From Steroidobacteraceae bacterium (GTDB taxonomy: Bacteria > Pseudomonadota > Gammaproteobacteria > Steroidobacterales > Steroidobacteraceae): 64,000 nucleotides of DNA. The stretch is taken from NCBI GenBank assembly GCA_036521395.1, contig DATDHV010000180.1:1881-65880 (forward strand), written 5' to 3'. The translations under genes and the position numbers were made by a program. Shown here piece by piece: positions 17,316 to 32,217 of this stretch. The notes beneath the pieces are model-generated. The model ran no database searches. It was not told the DNA's origin and saw nothing but the letters and a program-made list of their open reading frames with translations. Positions within the stretch are counted from its first letter, which is position 1, and each line of letters opens with the position of its first letter.

Positions 17316-18914
17316 TCACTCCCACTCGATTGTCGCCGGCGGTTTGCCCGAGATGTCGTAGACCACGCGCGAGATGCCGGGCACCTCGTTGACGATGCGC
17401 CGCGAGACCAGGTCGAGAAACTCGTACGGCAGGTGCGCCCACTGCGCGGTCATGAAATCGATGGTCTCGACCGCACGCAGCGCGATCACGAACTCATAGC
17501 GGCGTTGATCACCCATGACGCCCACCGAGCGCACCGGCAGAAACACCGCGAACGCCTGGCTGACGCGATCATAGAGGTCGTGGCGGCGCAGCTCCTCGAT
17601 GAAGATGTGATCGGCGCGCCGCAGAAGTTCGGTGAATTCGGCCCTGACGTCGCCGAGAATGCGCACGCCGAGCCCCGGGCCCGGAAAGGGATGGCGGCGC
17701 ACGAGCTGATGCGGCAGCCCAAGCTCCTCGCCCAGGCGCCGAACCTCATCCTTGAACAACTCACGCAGCGGTTCGACCAGCTCGAGCCTCATATCGGCGG
17801 GTAGGCCGCCGACGTTGTGGTGCGATTTGATCACGTGCGCCTTGCCGGTGCGCGCGCCGGCCGACTCAATCACGTCCGGGTAGATCGTGCCCTGTGCCAG
17901 AAAGCGCACGTCGGTCAGGCGGCGTGCCTGTTCCTCGAATACTTCGACGAACTTGCGGCCGATGATCTTGCGCTTCGCCTCCGGATCGGTCTGGCCGCGC
18001 AGCGCGGCGAAGAAGCGCGGCCCGGCATTGACGCGAATGACGCGCACATTCAGATGCCCGGCGAACAGCTCCATGACCTGATCGCCCTCGCTCTCGCGCA
18101 GCATGCCATGATCAACGAACACGCAGGTAAGCTGCTGACCGATCGCCCGGTGCAAGAGCGCCGCCACGACGGAGGAATCGACACCCCCGGAGAGACCCAA
18201 CAGCACGTGCCAGCTGCCAACCTGCGCGCGCACGCGCGCGATCTGGTCGTCGATGATATTGCCGGCGGTCCAGCGCGCCTCGCAGCCGCAGATCTCGCGC
18301 ACGAAGCGTTCCAGTATGGCCGCACCTTGGCGCGTATGTGTCACTTCCGGATGGAACTGCACGCCGTAGAAACGCCGGTGCTCGTCGGCCATGGCGGCAT
18401 AGGGCGCATCGTGAGTGCTGGCGACGATACTGAAGCCCGGCGGCAGCGACTCGACCCGATCGCCGTGACTCATCCAGACATCGAGCAGCGCGCGCCCGTC
18501 GCGGCGATGATCGGCGATGCCGTCGAGCAGGCGACAGGATCCGGACAGCGTCACTTCGGCGTAGCCGAACTCGCGCGCGTGACCGGGGGCGACGCGGCCG
18601 CCGAGCTGCTGCGCCATGGTCTGCATGCCGTAGCAGATGCCAAGCACCGGCACGGCGAGTGCGAACACCGACGCCGGCGCCCGCGGCGGCACCGCGTCGG
18701 TCACCGATTCCGGACCGCCCGAGAGAATGATGCCGCGCGCGCCGAACGCGCGCACCCGCGTATCGTCGATGTCCCAGGGATGGATCTCGCAGTAAACGCC
18801 CAGCTCGCGCACCCGTCGCGCGATCAACTGGGTGTATTGGGCGCCGAAGTCGAGGATCAGAATCCGATGCGCGTGGATGTCCGGGCTCGGCGCCGCCCCC
18901 TCGCCGGCTGCCAC
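17316..18914 (-). CDS. guaA: GMP synthase (glutamine-hydrolysing)
   Basis: 532 aa with [19 protein letters not shown], the GATase Cys in ICYGMQ, and the ATP-PPase loop SGGVDSSV. Downstream of guaB. Confidence 0.97.
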   Translation of the reverse strand: MAAGEGAAPSPDIHAHRILILDFGAQYTQLIARRVRELGVYCEIHPWDIDDTRVRAFGARGIILSGGPESVTDAVPPRAPASVFALAVPVLGICYGMQTMAQQLGGRVAPGHAREFGYAEVTLSGSCRLLDGIADHRRDGRALLDVWMSHGDRVESLPPGFSIVASTHDAPYAAMADEHRRFYGVQFHPEVTHTRQGAAILERFVREICGCEARWTAGNIIDDQIARVRAQVGSWHVLLGLSGGVDSSVVAALLHRAIGQQLTCVFVDHGMLRESEGDQVMELFAGHLNVRVIRVNAGPRFFAALRGQTDPEAKRKIIGRKFVEVFEEQARRLTDVRFLAQGTIYPDVIESAGARTGKAHVIKSHHNVGGLPADMRLELVEPLRELFKDEVRRLGEELGLPHQLVRRHPFPGPGLGVRILGDVRAEFTELLRRADHIFIEELRRHDLYDRVSQAFAVFLPVRSVGVMGDQRRYEFVIALRAVETIDFMTAQWAHLPYEFLDLVSRRIVNEVPGISRVVYDISGKPPATIEWE

Positions 18915-18924
18915 GATGAGCGGA

Positions 18925-21757
<2,833 letters not shown>

Positions 21758-21761
<4 letters not shown>

Positions 21762-22630
21762 GAGCCCGTGCAGGGCGAGGCCGCGCATTGCTACTGCTGC
21801 TCGCGACGGCGCTGCCCTGGGCGGCAGGCGCGGCCGCAGGCGTCCCGTTGCCCGAGTCGAGCCTCGTACCCGGCGGCGTCGCGGTGCTCCCCATCGCGGG
21901 CGCCGGCGATGGAGGTGTCGCCCCGGAGGTGAGCTTCGAGGGCAACCGCGTCATGGTGCTCGGAACGAGCGACCACTGGGTCGCCGTCGTCGGCATTCCG
22001 CTGAGCGAGTCCCCGGGCCCCGCTTCCATCTCCATTCGCGCCGGCGCGGGTGCGGCCCGCTCACTGCAGTTCCAGATCGCACCGAAGCAATACGAGGTCC
22101 AGCGGCTGACCGTCCCGGCTGCGCAGGTCGATCTGTCGGCCCACGACCTGCGGCGCTACACGCGCGAGGCCGCGCGGCTGCACGCGGCACTGGCCACCTT
22201 CGCCGTGAGTGTGCCCGCCACGCTGCGCCTGCTGCCGCCGGTGGACGGAGTGCGCACGAGTTCCTTCGGCCGGCGCCGCATTTTCAACAACGAGGCGCGC
22301 GCGCCGCACTCGGGCATGGACATCGCCGCGTCCCTGGGCACACCGATCCGCGCTGCAGCGGACGGCAAGGTCATCGATACCGGCAACTATTTCTTCAACG
22401 GCAACACCGTGCTGATCGATCACGGCGAGGGGCTCATCACGATGTACTGCCATCTCTCGAGCATCGGCGTGCACATCGGCGAGGCGGTGCGGCGCGGCGC
22501 GATCATCGGCAAGGTTGGCGCTACCGGGCGCGTCACCGGGCCACACCTTCATTTCGGCGTCGCGCTCAATCGCGATTTCGTCGACCCGGCATTGTTCTTG
22601 CCCGCCCCCGCACCACCTTCCCCGCCCTGA
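21758..22630 (+). CDS. M23-family (LytM-type) metallopeptidase, secreted
   Basis: 290 aa. Signal peptide and motifs [37 protein letters not shown] overlap with the xseA stop. Confidence 0.9.
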
Positions 22631-23945
22631 GGCGGCTGTAGGGATTGGCGTCGGTGCGAAACTCGATCGCCACGGGTGTGGCGAACAGCTCGAAGGCTTC
22701 GCGGTACACATTCGCCAGGTAGCGCCGATAGGCCTCGGGCACGGAGCTGGTCTGGTTGCCGTGGATCACGATGCGCGGTGGATTGCGACCGCCCTGGTGG
22801 GCGTAACGCAGCTTGATGCGCCGGCCCCGCACCAGGGGCGGCTGATGCGCCTCGAGCGCACGCTCGAGAGTCCGCGTGAGTGCCGGGGTCGGCATCTCGC
22901 GCATGGCCGCGTCGTAGCCCCGGATCAGATCGCGCGCGAGCTCGCCCACGCCGGTGCCGTGACGCGCGGAGATGAAGTGCAGCGGCACGAACGGCACGAA
23001 ATCGAGCTTGAGCTGCAGCTGGCGGCGGATCTCATCGCGCTGCTCGCTCGCGATGCCGTCCCATTTGTTCACTGCAATGAGCATCACGCGGCCGCGCTCG
23101 AGCGCCTGTCCCAGTACGCTCGCATCCTGCTCGCCCACCGTGTCATGTGCGTCGAGCACCATGACCACCACGTGAGCTTCGGCGATGGCCTGCAGCGTCT
23201 TGGCGACGCTGGCGCGCTCGACCGCATCCTCGACGCGCGCGCGCCGGCGCACGCCGGCTGTGTCGATGAGCAGGAACTCCCGGCCGTCGCGCTGGAACGG
23301 GACCAGGATACTGTCGCGCGTGGTGCCGGGCTGCTCGCTCGCGATCACGCGCTCCTCGCCGATCAGGCGATTGACCAGCGTGGATTTGCCCACGTTGGGC
23401 CGGCCTATCACGGCCACGCGGATCACCCCCGGCTCCTGCACCGGCCGGGGCTCGCCCTCGAGGCCGGCCAGCGCCGCATCGATGAGCTCGCGCACACCCT
23501 GGCCGTGAGCGGCGGCGATGGCCAGCGGCGCGCCTAGTCCCAGGGCGTGGAAATCCGCCGCCACCAGATCCGGCTCCAGCCCCTCGGCCTTGTTCAGCGC
23601 CAGCACCACGGGCTTGCCGGTGCGCTGCAGGACGCGCGCGATGAACTGATCCTGCGCGGTGAGACCCGCGCGCCCATCGGCCACGAGGATGACGCGGTCG
23701 GCCTCCGCCAGGGCCTTCTCGGTCTGGATGCGCATCTGTGCTTCCAGACCCTTGGGATGCTCGATGAGTCCGCCGGTGTCGATCAGCACGCACGGCACCG
23801 CGCCGATGCGCGCATAGCCGTATTGACGATCGCGGGTCACGCCGGGAACGTCGGCCACGATGGCAGCGCGCGTGCGCGTCAGGGCATTGAACAGCGTCGA
23901 CTTGCCGACGTTGGGCCGGCCGACGATGGCGACGATGGGCAGCAT
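22566..23945 (-). CDS. der: Ribosome-associated GTPase Der (EngA)
   Basis: 459 aa. Two GTPase domains, each with GRPNVGKST, plus a KH-like C-terminus. The Arg-rich tail overlaps the convergent M23 gene by 65 bp. Confidence 0.95.
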   Translation of the reverse strand: MLPIVAIVGRPNVGKSTLFNALTRTRAAIVADVPGVTRDRQYGYARIGAVPCVLIDTGGLIEHPKGLEAQMRIQTEKALAEADRVILVADGRAGLTAQDQFIARVLQRTGKPVVLALNKAEGLEPDLVAADFHALGLGAPLAIAAAHGQGVRELIDAALAGLEGEPRPVQEPGVIRVAVIGRPNVGKSTLVNRLIGEERVIASEQPGTTRDSILVPFQRDGREFLLIDTAGVRRRARVEDAVERASVAKTLQAIAEAHVVVMVLDAHDTVGEQDASVLGQALERGRVMLIAVNKWDGIASEQRDEIRRQLQLKLDFVPFVPLHFISARHGTGVGELARDLIRGYDAAMREMPTPALTRTLERALEAHQPPLVRGRRIKLRYAHQGGRNPPRIVIHGNQTSSVPEAYRRYLANVYREAFELFATPVAIEFRTDANPYSRLRAGKVVRGRARTMPGRRNRD

Positions 23946-23962
23946 CGGCGAGTCGGGCGCGC

Positions 23963-25144
23963 TCAGCCGCCCGTATGTGTCTCGATCGCCGGCGCACGCA
24001 GTGCGCTGATATTGCCGCCATCGCCGAAGACCAGCAACAGATCACCCGCCACCACCGGGGCGCCGCTGATGTGCCGCTTGCCGACCCGCGTGCGGGCGAG
24101 CTCATCGCCCGTGGCGGGATCGAGCCAATGGACGATGCCCTCGAGGTCCGCCACCACGAGGCGGCCGCGATACAGCGTCGGCGCCGAGAGCTGGCGACGC
24201 TCGAAGGCCTTCTGACGCCACTGCTCGGTGCCCGTGCGCCGGTCCAGGCGCACCACATCGCCCTCGGCGGTGGCGACGTACACTGCATTCGCATCCAGCG
24301 TCAGGCCGCGATAACTCGACAGGTCGCGCGCCCAGATGATCTGCCCGGTCTCGCGCGACAGGTGCGCCACGCGCCCCTGGTAGGCCACGGCGAACAGATC
24401 ATCGCCGTCGGCCACCACCGTGGAGTCGACGTCGATGAGCCGCTGCAGCTCGGTACTGCCGTGCGGCTGCCCTACAGCCGTATCCCAGGCCGTAGTGCCA
24501 TTGGCCAAGGTGACGGCCGCCACGCGTCCATTGTCGAAGCCGCACACCACCACGTCGCCCGCGATCGTCGGCCGACTGGTGCCGCGCAGCGACAGGCGCG
24601 GCACCTGCTGATCCATCACCCAGCTCTCGCTGCCGTCCTTCTCCGACAGGCCGTGCAATTTGCCGTCCACGCCGCGCACGACGACCAGCCCGCCACCGAT
24701 GGCGGGAGCCGACAGGATCTCGGCATTGATGCGCACGCGCCAGCGCTGCGCCCCGTTCTGCTCGGACGAGGCGATCACATCGCCCTTGGAGCTGCCCACC
24801 ACCAGCAGCCCGTCCGCAGCCGCCGGCCCGCCCGATAGCGGCGCGCGCACGCGGCGCCGCCACAGCACCCTGCCGTTTGCGACCTCATAGGCGATCAGCT
24901 CGCCCTTGTAGCTGGCGGCGAACGCGCGCTCACCGTCGACGGCCACGCCCAGTCCCAGCCGCAGGATCGGCTTCTCGCCGCCCACCGTCGTGCTCCAGAC
25001 GGTCTTGACCTCAATGCGGTTGGTCAGCGGTACGAGCTGCACCGGCTTGTCGGCCTTGTTGCGGCTGCAGCCGCAGAGCAGCACGGCGGCGGACAGGCCC
25101 ACGGCGCACAGCCCCACGCCCAGCACCCGCTTGAAGGTGCTCAC
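23963..25144 (-). CDS. bamB: Outer-membrane protein assembly factor BamB
   Basis: 393 aa. Lipobox LLCGCS and PQQ-like beta-propeller repeats. Conserved position between yfgM and der. Confidence 0.9.
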   Translation of the reverse strand: MSTFKRVLGVGLCAVGLSAAVLLCGCSRNKADKPVQLVPLTNRIEVKTVWSTTVGGEKPILRLGLGVAVDGERAFAASYKGELIAYEVANGRVLWRRRVRAPLSGGPAAADGLLVVGSSKGDVIASSEQNGAQRWRVRINAEILSAPAIGGGLVVVRGVDGKLHGLSEKDGSESWVMDQQVPRLSLRGTSRPTIAGDVVVCGFDNGRVAAVTLANGTTAWDTAVGQPHGSTELQRLIDVDSTVVADGDDLFAVAYQGRVAHLSRETGQIIWARDLSSYRGLTLDANAVYVATAEGDVVRLDRRTGTEQWRQKAFERRQLSAPTLYRGRLVVADLEGIVHWLDPATGDELARTRVGKRHISGAPVVAGDLLLVFGDGGNISALRAPAIETHTGG

Positions 25145-25770
25145 GAGTGCGCCAGCTCGTTGATCTTCAGATCCAGAAGTCCGGGATCGACCGTATCCCC
25201 GCCGGTGGCGCGGGCGCTGCGATATTGCTTGAGCGCGCCGTCGCGATCGCCCTTCGCCAGCAGCGCGTCCCCGCGCAGCTCCGCGTAGCGCGCGGCGAAG
25301 GCGCCGGCGTCGACTGCATCGACGGTCTTGATGGCATCATCGGGCTTGCCCTGGGCGAGCTGCACGCGCGCCAGACGCAGCCGGGCGATCAACGCGAGGC
25401 CGGGATCGCGCGTGGTCGCGAGCACGTGCGCCAGGCGCGCGGCGGCGGGCGCGAGCTGGCCGTTCTCGGCCTGCACACGCGCGGCAGCGAGTTCCGCCTG
25501 GTCGCCGTAGGCCGAACCGCTGAAGTCCCTGACCAGCTCATCGGCAATTTTCATCCCACCGTTGAGATCGTTGTGACTGAAGGCGGCGAGCACCTGCTGG
25601 TAGCGCGCCGCGGCCGTCAGCGCCTGATGTTCGCTGCGCGCCTGCCAGTAGTGCCAGCCGCCGAATGCAGCCGCCACGATGGCGGCCGCCGCCAGCATCC
25701 AGGGACCCTGCTCGCGCAGGCCGGCCATGAGCCGCTCCCACTGCTCCTTCTCGTTCAGATACTCTTCCAC
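25141..25770 (-). CDS. yfgM: YfgM-family membrane-anchored TPR-like protein
   Basis: 209 aa. One N-terminal TM helix followed by a helical repeat domain. Synteny hisS-yfgM-bamB, with a 4-bp overlap with bamB. Confidence 0.8.
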   Translation of the reverse strand: MEEYLNEKEQWERLMAGLREQGPWMLAAAAIVAAAFGGWHYWQARSEHQALTAAARYQQVLAAFSHNDLNGGMKIADELVRDFSGSAYGDQAELAAARVQAENGQLAPAAARLAHVLATTRDPGLALIARLRLARVQLAQGKPDDAIKTVDAVDAGAFAARYAELRGDALLAKGDRDGALKQYRSARATGGDTVDPGLLDLKINELAHS

Positions 25771-25788
25771 CGAATCGGTCTCCCTGTG

Positions 25789-27057
<1,269 letters not shown>

Positions 27058-27064
27058 GAAGCTC

Positions 27065-27805
27065 TCAGTGCCGCTGGGAAGCGGCGCGCGATCGCGCGGG
27101 CGCCCCCTTGCCGGCGGGCGGGGCGGGCACGTTGAGCGCCGCGGGACCGCCCGTGACGCCGCTGTCGTGCAGCTCCGGCGGGTGCCCATCGAGCGCGGCG
27201 CTCAGCGGGGCAGTGAATGTGGTGCCCGCGGTGCTGGTGGCCGATTCGAGCGGCGTGGGCGCCGCAGTCGTCTGCTCCGCTGCCGCGCCGGCCCCGCTGG
27301 CCCCACGGGCCGCACGGTCCGCGCCCGATTCACCCGCGGAGCTGCCCTCGGTCGCGGCCGAGGGGTGGGCCGCCGCGGCGGGCGCCGCTCGCGGGGTGCG
27401 GGGAACACGCATGGCCCACCAGACCAGCGCGACCATGACCAGGACCACGGCACCGATGGCTGCCGTGCCGGGCCGCAGCGCCCCGATACGCGGCGCAGCG
27501 TGCTCGAGCGGCGTCGCCTTGCGCTTCAGATCGGGCGGTCGGGCAGACGGGCGGGCACGCAGATAGGCCGCCTCCACCTCCTCGGCCGGCAAGCCGAGCA
27601 GCTCCGCATAGCGGCGCAGGTGCCCACGCGCATACACCACGGCGCCCAGAGCCTCATAGTGCCCGGATTCGAGCGCCTTGACTGCCGCCACGTCCAGGTG
27701 CAGCCGGTCGGCCGCCTGCAGCACGCTCCAGCCGGCCTGCTCGCGTGCGCTCGTGAGTCGCGGGCCGGGCCCGGCGGTCGGACTCTCCGTGTCCTCTTCG
27801 CTCAT
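27065..27805 (-). CDS. rodZ: Cytoskeleton protein RodZ-like (HTH, membrane-anchored)
   Basis: 246 aa. N-terminal XRE-type HTH (LTSAREQAGWSVLQAADRLHL), one TM helix, and an Ala/Pro-rich C-terminus. Synteny pilW-rodZ-hisS. Confidence 0.8.
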   Translation of the reverse strand: MSEEDTESPTAGPGPRLTSAREQAGWSVLQAADRLHLDVAAVKALESGHYEALGAVVYARGHLRRYAELLGLPAEEVEAAYLRARPSARPPDLKRKATPLEHAAPRIGALRPGTAAIGAVVLVMVALVWWAMRVPRTPRAAPAAAAHPSAATEGSSAGESGADRAARGASGAGAAAEQTTAAPTPLESATSTAGTTFTAPLSAALDGHPPELHDSGVTGGPAALNVPAPPAGKGAPARSRAASQRH

Positions 27806-27807
27806 GC

Positions 27808-28599
27808 TCAGCCCGGGTTGGCCAGGCTCGCCGCGAGGGAGCGCGCCTGTTCGGAGGTGGGGAATTCCTTGGTCAGTCGCTGCGCGTAGCGGGCGGCGGC
27901 GGCCGCATCGTTCTGCGCGCGCGCGATGCGCCAGCCCGTGAGCAGCAGATCGGGCGTGGCCGCGTTGTTGGTCAGGAAAAAATCGATCCGCAGCCGCGCG
28001 GCGGCATATTTCTGCATCTGGAAATCCAGGTCCGAGGCCTGAAACACGGCCTCAGCGTAGGCTGGATTGGACTGCAGCGCGCGCACGAACAGCTGCGCCG
28101 CGTCGGCATCCCGCGTCGCCTGTCGCAGGCACACGCCGGCGTTGGTGTAGGCGGCCCAGGGCGAGCGGTACAGAGGGTTGGCCGCCGCGTCCTCGAAGTT
28201 GCGCACGCCCTCGGCCGTGCGACCGTGGCTGCACAGGTACACCGCGTAGCTGTTGAGCAGATCCGGATCCTGCGGCTTGAGCGATAGCGCCGTGCGGTAT
28301 TCCTTGTCCGCTTCCTTGGATTTGCCGAGCCGCTCATCGAGCAGGCCGAGCGTGGCGTGCACGTCAGGATTGTGCGGATCCTCGGTCTCCGCGCGCTCGA
28401 GCTTGGTCTTTGCAAGTGCGAGATTGCCCTGCTGCAGGTAGCCCACGCCGAGCTCGAGATTCACCGAAGCCGCCTTGTCGCGCTGGCTTTCGCTGTAGGC
28501 CGGCACGCCCCTGGTGCTCTGACAGGCGCTCAGGACCGCGAGTGCGAGCATGGTGCAGCACAATTGCGCGGTCCGGCGCACCGTCGCACGCGCGCTCAT
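27808..28599 (-). CDS. pilW: Type IV pilus biogenesis/stability TPR lipoprotein PilW (PilF)
   Basis: 263 aa with lipobox LSACQS and TPR repeats. Lies between rlmN and rodZ, as in Pseudomonas/Xanthomonas-type genomes. Confidence 0.75.
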   Translation of the reverse strand: MSARATVRRTAQLCCTMLALAVLSACQSTRGVPAYSESQRDKAASVNLELGVGYLQQGNLALAKTKLERAETEDPHNPDVHATLGLLDERLGKSKEADKEYRTALSLKPQDPDLLNSYAVYLCSHGRTAEGVRNFEDAAANPLYRSPWAAYTNAGVCLRQATRDADAAQLFVRALQSNPAYAEAVFQASDLDFQMQKYAAARLRIDFFLTNNAATPDLLLTGWRIARAQNDAAAAARYAQRLTKEFPTSEQARSLAASLANPG

Positions 28600-29720
28600 G
28601 CGTCGGCCCGCGCGCGGCTGCGCGATGCGGCAGCGGCGACGCGCTCACCCAGGCGCACCACAGTGCGATCGATCACGCGCCCGACGAGCTGCCCGCAGGC
28701 CGCGTCGATGTCCTCGCCGCGCGTGCGGCGCACGGTTGCGATCAGGCCGCCGTGCAGCAGCTCGTCGCGAAAGCGCGCCGCTACGGCCTCGCTGGAGCGG
28801 CGGTACGGCGTCCCGGGAAAGGGATTGAACGGAATCAGATTGACCTTGGCCGGGTGCCCGCGCAGCAGACGCGCCAGGGCCCGCGCCTGGGCCGGCGCAT
28901 CGTTCACGCCCGCGAGCAGCACGTATTCGAACGTCACGCTGCGCCCATTGCGCTCGTCGATGTAGTGCCAGCAGGCCTCGAGCAGCTCGGCGATCGGGTG
29001 CAGGCGATTGATCGGCACCAGCTCGCTGCGCAGCGCATCATCCGGAGCATGCAGCGACACCGCCAGCGCCACGTTAGAGTGCTGCGCGAGGCGGTAGATC
29101 TGCGGCACCAGTCCCGAGGTGGACAGCGTGACGCGGCGGCGCGAGAGATCGAACCCCAGATCGTCGAGGAATATGTCCAGCGCCGGCACCACGTTGCGGA
29201 AGTTCGCCAGCGGCTCGCCCATACCCATGAGAACGACATTGGTGACGATGCGCTCGCCGCCGGGCCTGAAGCCGAGTTCACGGTTGGCCAGCCACACCTG
29301 ACCCACGATCTCGGCGGTGCTGAGGTTGCGATTGAAGCCCTGCTGCGCGGTCGAGCAGAACGAGCAGTCCAGGGCGCAGCCGACCTGCGAGGAAATGCAC
29401 AGGGTGCCGCGGTCGGCCTCCGGAATGTAGACCATCTCGAACGCCTGGTCGGCATCGGCGCGCAGCAGCCATTTGCAGGTGCCGTCCCTCGCGCGCTGCA
29501 CGCTGAGGATCTGCGGCAGCCCGACGTAGGCGTGGGCCGTTAGCCCGGCGCGAAATTCCCGTGCCAGATCGGTCATCTCATCGAAGCGGTCGCAGCCGCG
29601 CTTGTATAGCCAGCTCATGAGCTGGCGCGCGCGAAAGGGCCTGGAGCCGAGGCCGGCGCACCATTGCTCGAGCTGCACACGCGGCAGACCGAGCAGGTTG
29701 ATGGCTTGGGCGTCGTTCAT
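28596..29720 (-). CDS. rlmN: 23S rRNA/tRNA (adenine2503-C2)-methyltransferase, radical SAM
   Basis: 374 aa with the radical-SAM motif GCALDCSFCST. Position is downstream of ndk. Confidence 0.95.
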   Translation of the reverse strand: MNDAQAINLLGLPRVQLEQWCAGLGSRPFRARQLMSWLYKRGCDRFDEMTDLAREFRAGLTAHAYVGLPQILSVQRARDGTCKWLLRADADQAFEMVYIPEADRGTLCISSQVGCALDCSFCSTAQQGFNRNLSTAEIVGQVWLANRELGFRPGGERIVTNVVLMGMGEPLANFRNVVPALDIFLDDLGFDLSRRRVTLSTSGLVPQIYRLAQHSNVALAVSLHAPDDALRSELVPINRLHPIAELLEACWHYIDERNGRSVTFEYVLLAGVNDAPAQARALARLLRGHPAKVNLIPFNPFPGTPYRRSSEAVAARFRDELLHGGLIATVRRTRGEDIDAACGQLVGRVIDRTVVRLGERVAAAASRSRARADA

Positions 29721-29738
29721 GCTTCCCGTGCAGCCCGC

Positions 29739-30167
29739 TCAGGTGCGCGGGCAGATCTCCGTGGTGCTGAAGAAAAATCCGATCTCCTGGACGGCGGTGT
29801 CGGCCGCATCCGAGCCGTGCACGACATTGGCCTGAAGGCTCTCGGCAAGGTCGGCGCGGATGGTACCCGCGGCGGCCTTCTTCGGGTCGGTCGCGCCCAT
29901 GATCTCGCGGTGCCGGGCCACGGCATCATCGCCCTCCAGAACCTGCGCAATCACCGGTCCGGAGGTCATGTAGCGCACCAGCTCACGATAGAACGGACGC
30001 TCCCGATGCACCGCGTAGAACAGCTCCGCCTGCTCCTGCGAGAGCTTGAGCATCCGGGCCGCGACGATGCGCAGTCCCTGGGATTCGAAACGGCGATAGA
30101 CCTCGCCGATCAGGTTGCGGGCCACGCCGTCGGGTTTGACGATGGACAGGGTGCGCTCGAGCGCCAT
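29739..30167 (-). CDS. ndk: Nucleoside-diphosphate kinase
   Basis: The ORF track extends to 30224. ATG 30167, preceded by GGAGG, gives [15 protein letters not shown]. Active site NVVHGSD. Confidence 0.95.
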   Translation of the reverse strand: MALERTLSIVKPDGVARNLIGEVYRRFESQGLRIVAARMLKLSQEQAELFYAVHRERPFYRELVRYMTSGPVIAQVLEGDDAVARHREIMGATDPKKAAAGTIRADLAESLQANVVHGSDAADTAVQEIGFFFSTTEICPRT

Positions 30168-30262
30168 GAGTACCTCCGCCGAAAAATGGCCGGCAGTATA
30201 GGCGCTGCGAGGATCGCCCGGCAATCAATTCGAACGCGGAAGTGCCCGTGTTTTAAGGCTTT

Positions 30263-30586
30263 TCAGACCGTGAAACTCTCGCCGCAGCCGCACTCGCCGC
30301 GCGCATTCGGATTCTCGAACCGGAAGCTCTCGTTCAGCCCCTGGCGCACGAAATCGATGTGCGTGCCATCGATGGCCGCGAGACTCGCGCCGTCCACGAA
30401 CAGCTTCACGCCAAGGGACTCGAACACGCGGTCATCCGCGCGGGGCTCATCGACGTAGTCGACGATGTAGCTGTACCCCGAGCAGCCGGTGGTCTTGATG
30501 GCCACGCGCAGCCCCAGCCCGCGGCCGCGGCTCACCAGCCGGCTGCGGACGCGCTCGGCAGCAGATGCGCTCAGTGAAATTGCCAT
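30263..30586 (-). CDS. iscA: Iron-sulfur cluster insertion protein (IscA/ErpA, HesB family)
   Basis: Start moved to ATG 30586 (MAISLSASAAERV, preceded by GGAGAG). C-terminal CGCGESF motif. Confidence 0.85.
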   Translation of the reverse strand: MAISLSASAAERVRSRLVSRGRGLGLRVAIKTTGCSGYSYIVDYVDEPRADDRVFESLGVKLFVDGASLAAIDGTHIDFVRQGLNESFRFENPNARGECGCGESFTV

Positions 30587-30625
30587 AATCGATCTCTCCA
30601 GGGGCTTCATTTTACTACGCTTTTG

Positions 30626-31036
30626 TCACGATTGCGTCAGCGCGGCCTGCAAGGCGTCCTCGACCACGAGCAGCCGCCCCAATTTCGCCGGCGGTATGCC
30701 CAGACGCGTAGCCCATTCGAGCGGATCGCCCAAGGCCAGCGCATCGACGCGGCGCCCCTCGATCCGGCGCGCCAGCCACTCGCAGGTCGCCAGCGTGTAG
30801 GGGCAGCCGTAGGCACGATAGCGCACCTCGAGCACCCGGTTATCCGCGATGCACAGCGTGAAGCGTACGCGCGTGCCCAGTGCCTCGCGGCCGGCCTCTC
30901 CGGCCACCACCGCGCTCGCGCCCCGGCCGGCATGGGCCGCGGCGGGCCCGGCGTCCCCGCTCGTAGCGCCGACCGCGTCCCCGGCGTGATCGAGCGCCGT
31001 GAACAGCTCGCGGATGTGGGACTCCAGCGCGCTCAT
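30626..31036 (-). CDS. Divergent IscU/NifU-N-like protein (only one of three scaffold cysteines conserved)
   Basis: 136 aa. YRAYGCPYTLATCEW aligns with IscU FKTFGCGSAIASS, and LGIPPAKLGRLLVVEDAL with LPPVKIHCSILAEDA. 4-bp overlap with iscS. Confidence 0.6.
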   Translation of the reverse strand: MSALESHIRELFTALDHAGDAVGATSGDAGPAAAHAGRGASAVVAGEAGREALGTRVRFTLCIADNRVLEVRYRAYGCPYTLATCEWLARRIEGRRVDALALGDPLEWATRLGIPPAKLGRLLVVEDALQAALTQS

Positions 31037-32217
31037 GGGGCCACCGCGCGCAGGCGGGTCACCTCGCGCCGCACCACCGCCAGCGCGAGGTCGATGTCTT
31101 CAGCTTCGGTGAAGCGCCCGAAGCTGAAGCGCAGCGAGCTCTGGGCCAATTCGGTGTCGCGTCCGAGCGCGCGCAGGACATAAGAGGGCTCGTCGCTGTC
31201 CGAGTTGCAGGCCGAACCGGTGGACAGGGCCAGTTCGGACAGGCCCAGCAGCAGACTCTCACCCTCCACGCCGCGGAACGAGACATTGAGGATGCCCGGC
31301 ACGCGACGCGTCGGGTGGCCGTTGAGCAGCGCGCCCTCGATGTCGCGCAGGCCCTCCCAGAGCCGCTCGCGCAGTCCCTCGAGGCGCCGCGCGTCCTCTT
31401 GGCGCTGGGCTGCGCACAGCTCGCAGGCGAGGCCGAACCCGACGATCTGATGCACCGGCAGCGTGCCGGAGCGCAGGCCGCGCTCATGGCCGCCGCCGAA
31501 GAGCAGCGGTTGCAGCCGGCCGCGCCGCTCCGCGCTGACGTACAGCGCGCCGATGCCCTTGGGCCCGTAGAGCTTGTGAGCCGTCAGGGACAGCAGATCC
31601 ACGGGGCAGCGTCCCAGATCGATCACGGCCTTGCCGGCGCTCTGGGCCGCGTCCACGTGCAGCGGCACATCACGCTCGCGGCAATGGCGAGCGATGGACT
31701 CGATGTCCTGCAGCACGCCGATCTCGTTGTTCGCGTGCATGACGGACACCAGCACGGTGTCGGCGGTGATGGCATCGCGCACCTGCAGCGGATCGATCAG
31801 GCCGTCGCCACCGGGAGTGAGATAGGTGACGCGGAAGCCGTCCTGCTCCAGGCGCCGGCACGGATCGAGTACCGACTTGTGCTCGGTGCGCGCCGTGACT
31901 ATGTGCCGTCCCGGTTTGGCGGCCGCGCGCGCGGTGCCGAGAATCGCCAGGTTGTTCGACTCGGTCGCGCCCGAAGTCCAGACGATCTGCCGCGCGGCCG
32001 CGCCGATCAGCGCGGCGACCTGGGCCCGCGCGAGCTCCACGCGCGCGCGCGCGAGACGCCCGTAATGATGCTGCGAGGCCGGATTGCCGAACGCGCCCGC
32101 GGCCGTGAGGCATTCGGCCATGACGGCGGCCACGCGCGGATCCACCGGTGTGGTGGCGGCGTAATCAAGATAGATCGGCTCGCGCGAAGGTGCGCTGCCG
32201 TGCATCGCGGGGCTCAT
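31033..32217 (-). CDS. iscS: Cysteine desulfurase (IscS/NifS class)
   Basis: 394 aa with IYLDYAATTPVDPRV, the PLP lysine in SLTAHKLYGPKG, and the catalytic Cys in STGSACNS. Confidence 0.92.
   Translation of the reverse strand: MSPAMHGSAPSREPIYLDYAATTPVDPRVAAVMAECLTAAGAFGNPASQHHYGRLARARVELARAQVAALIGAAARQIVWTSGATESNNLAILGTARAAAKPGRHIVTARTEHKSVLDPCRRLEQDGFRVTYLTPGGDGLIDPLQVRDAITADTVLVSVMHANNEIGVLQDIESIARHCRERDVPLHVDAAQSAGKAVIDLGRCPVDLLSLTAHKLYGPKGIGALYVSAERRGRLQPLLFGGGHERGLRSGTLPVHQIVGFGLACELCAAQRQEDARRLEGLRERLWEGLRDIEGALLNGHPTRRVPGILNVSFRGVEGESLLLGLSELALSTGSACNSDSDEPSYVLRALGRDTELAQSSLRFSFGRFTEAEDIDLALAVVRREVTRLRAVAP

Noticed and set aside
23143-24294. 383-aa Arg-rich minus-strand ORF spanning the der/bamB junction in another frame
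   Set aside because: It is an alternative frame of two well-supported genes, and its extreme Arg/Ala/Pro content is typical of off-frame GC-rich translation.
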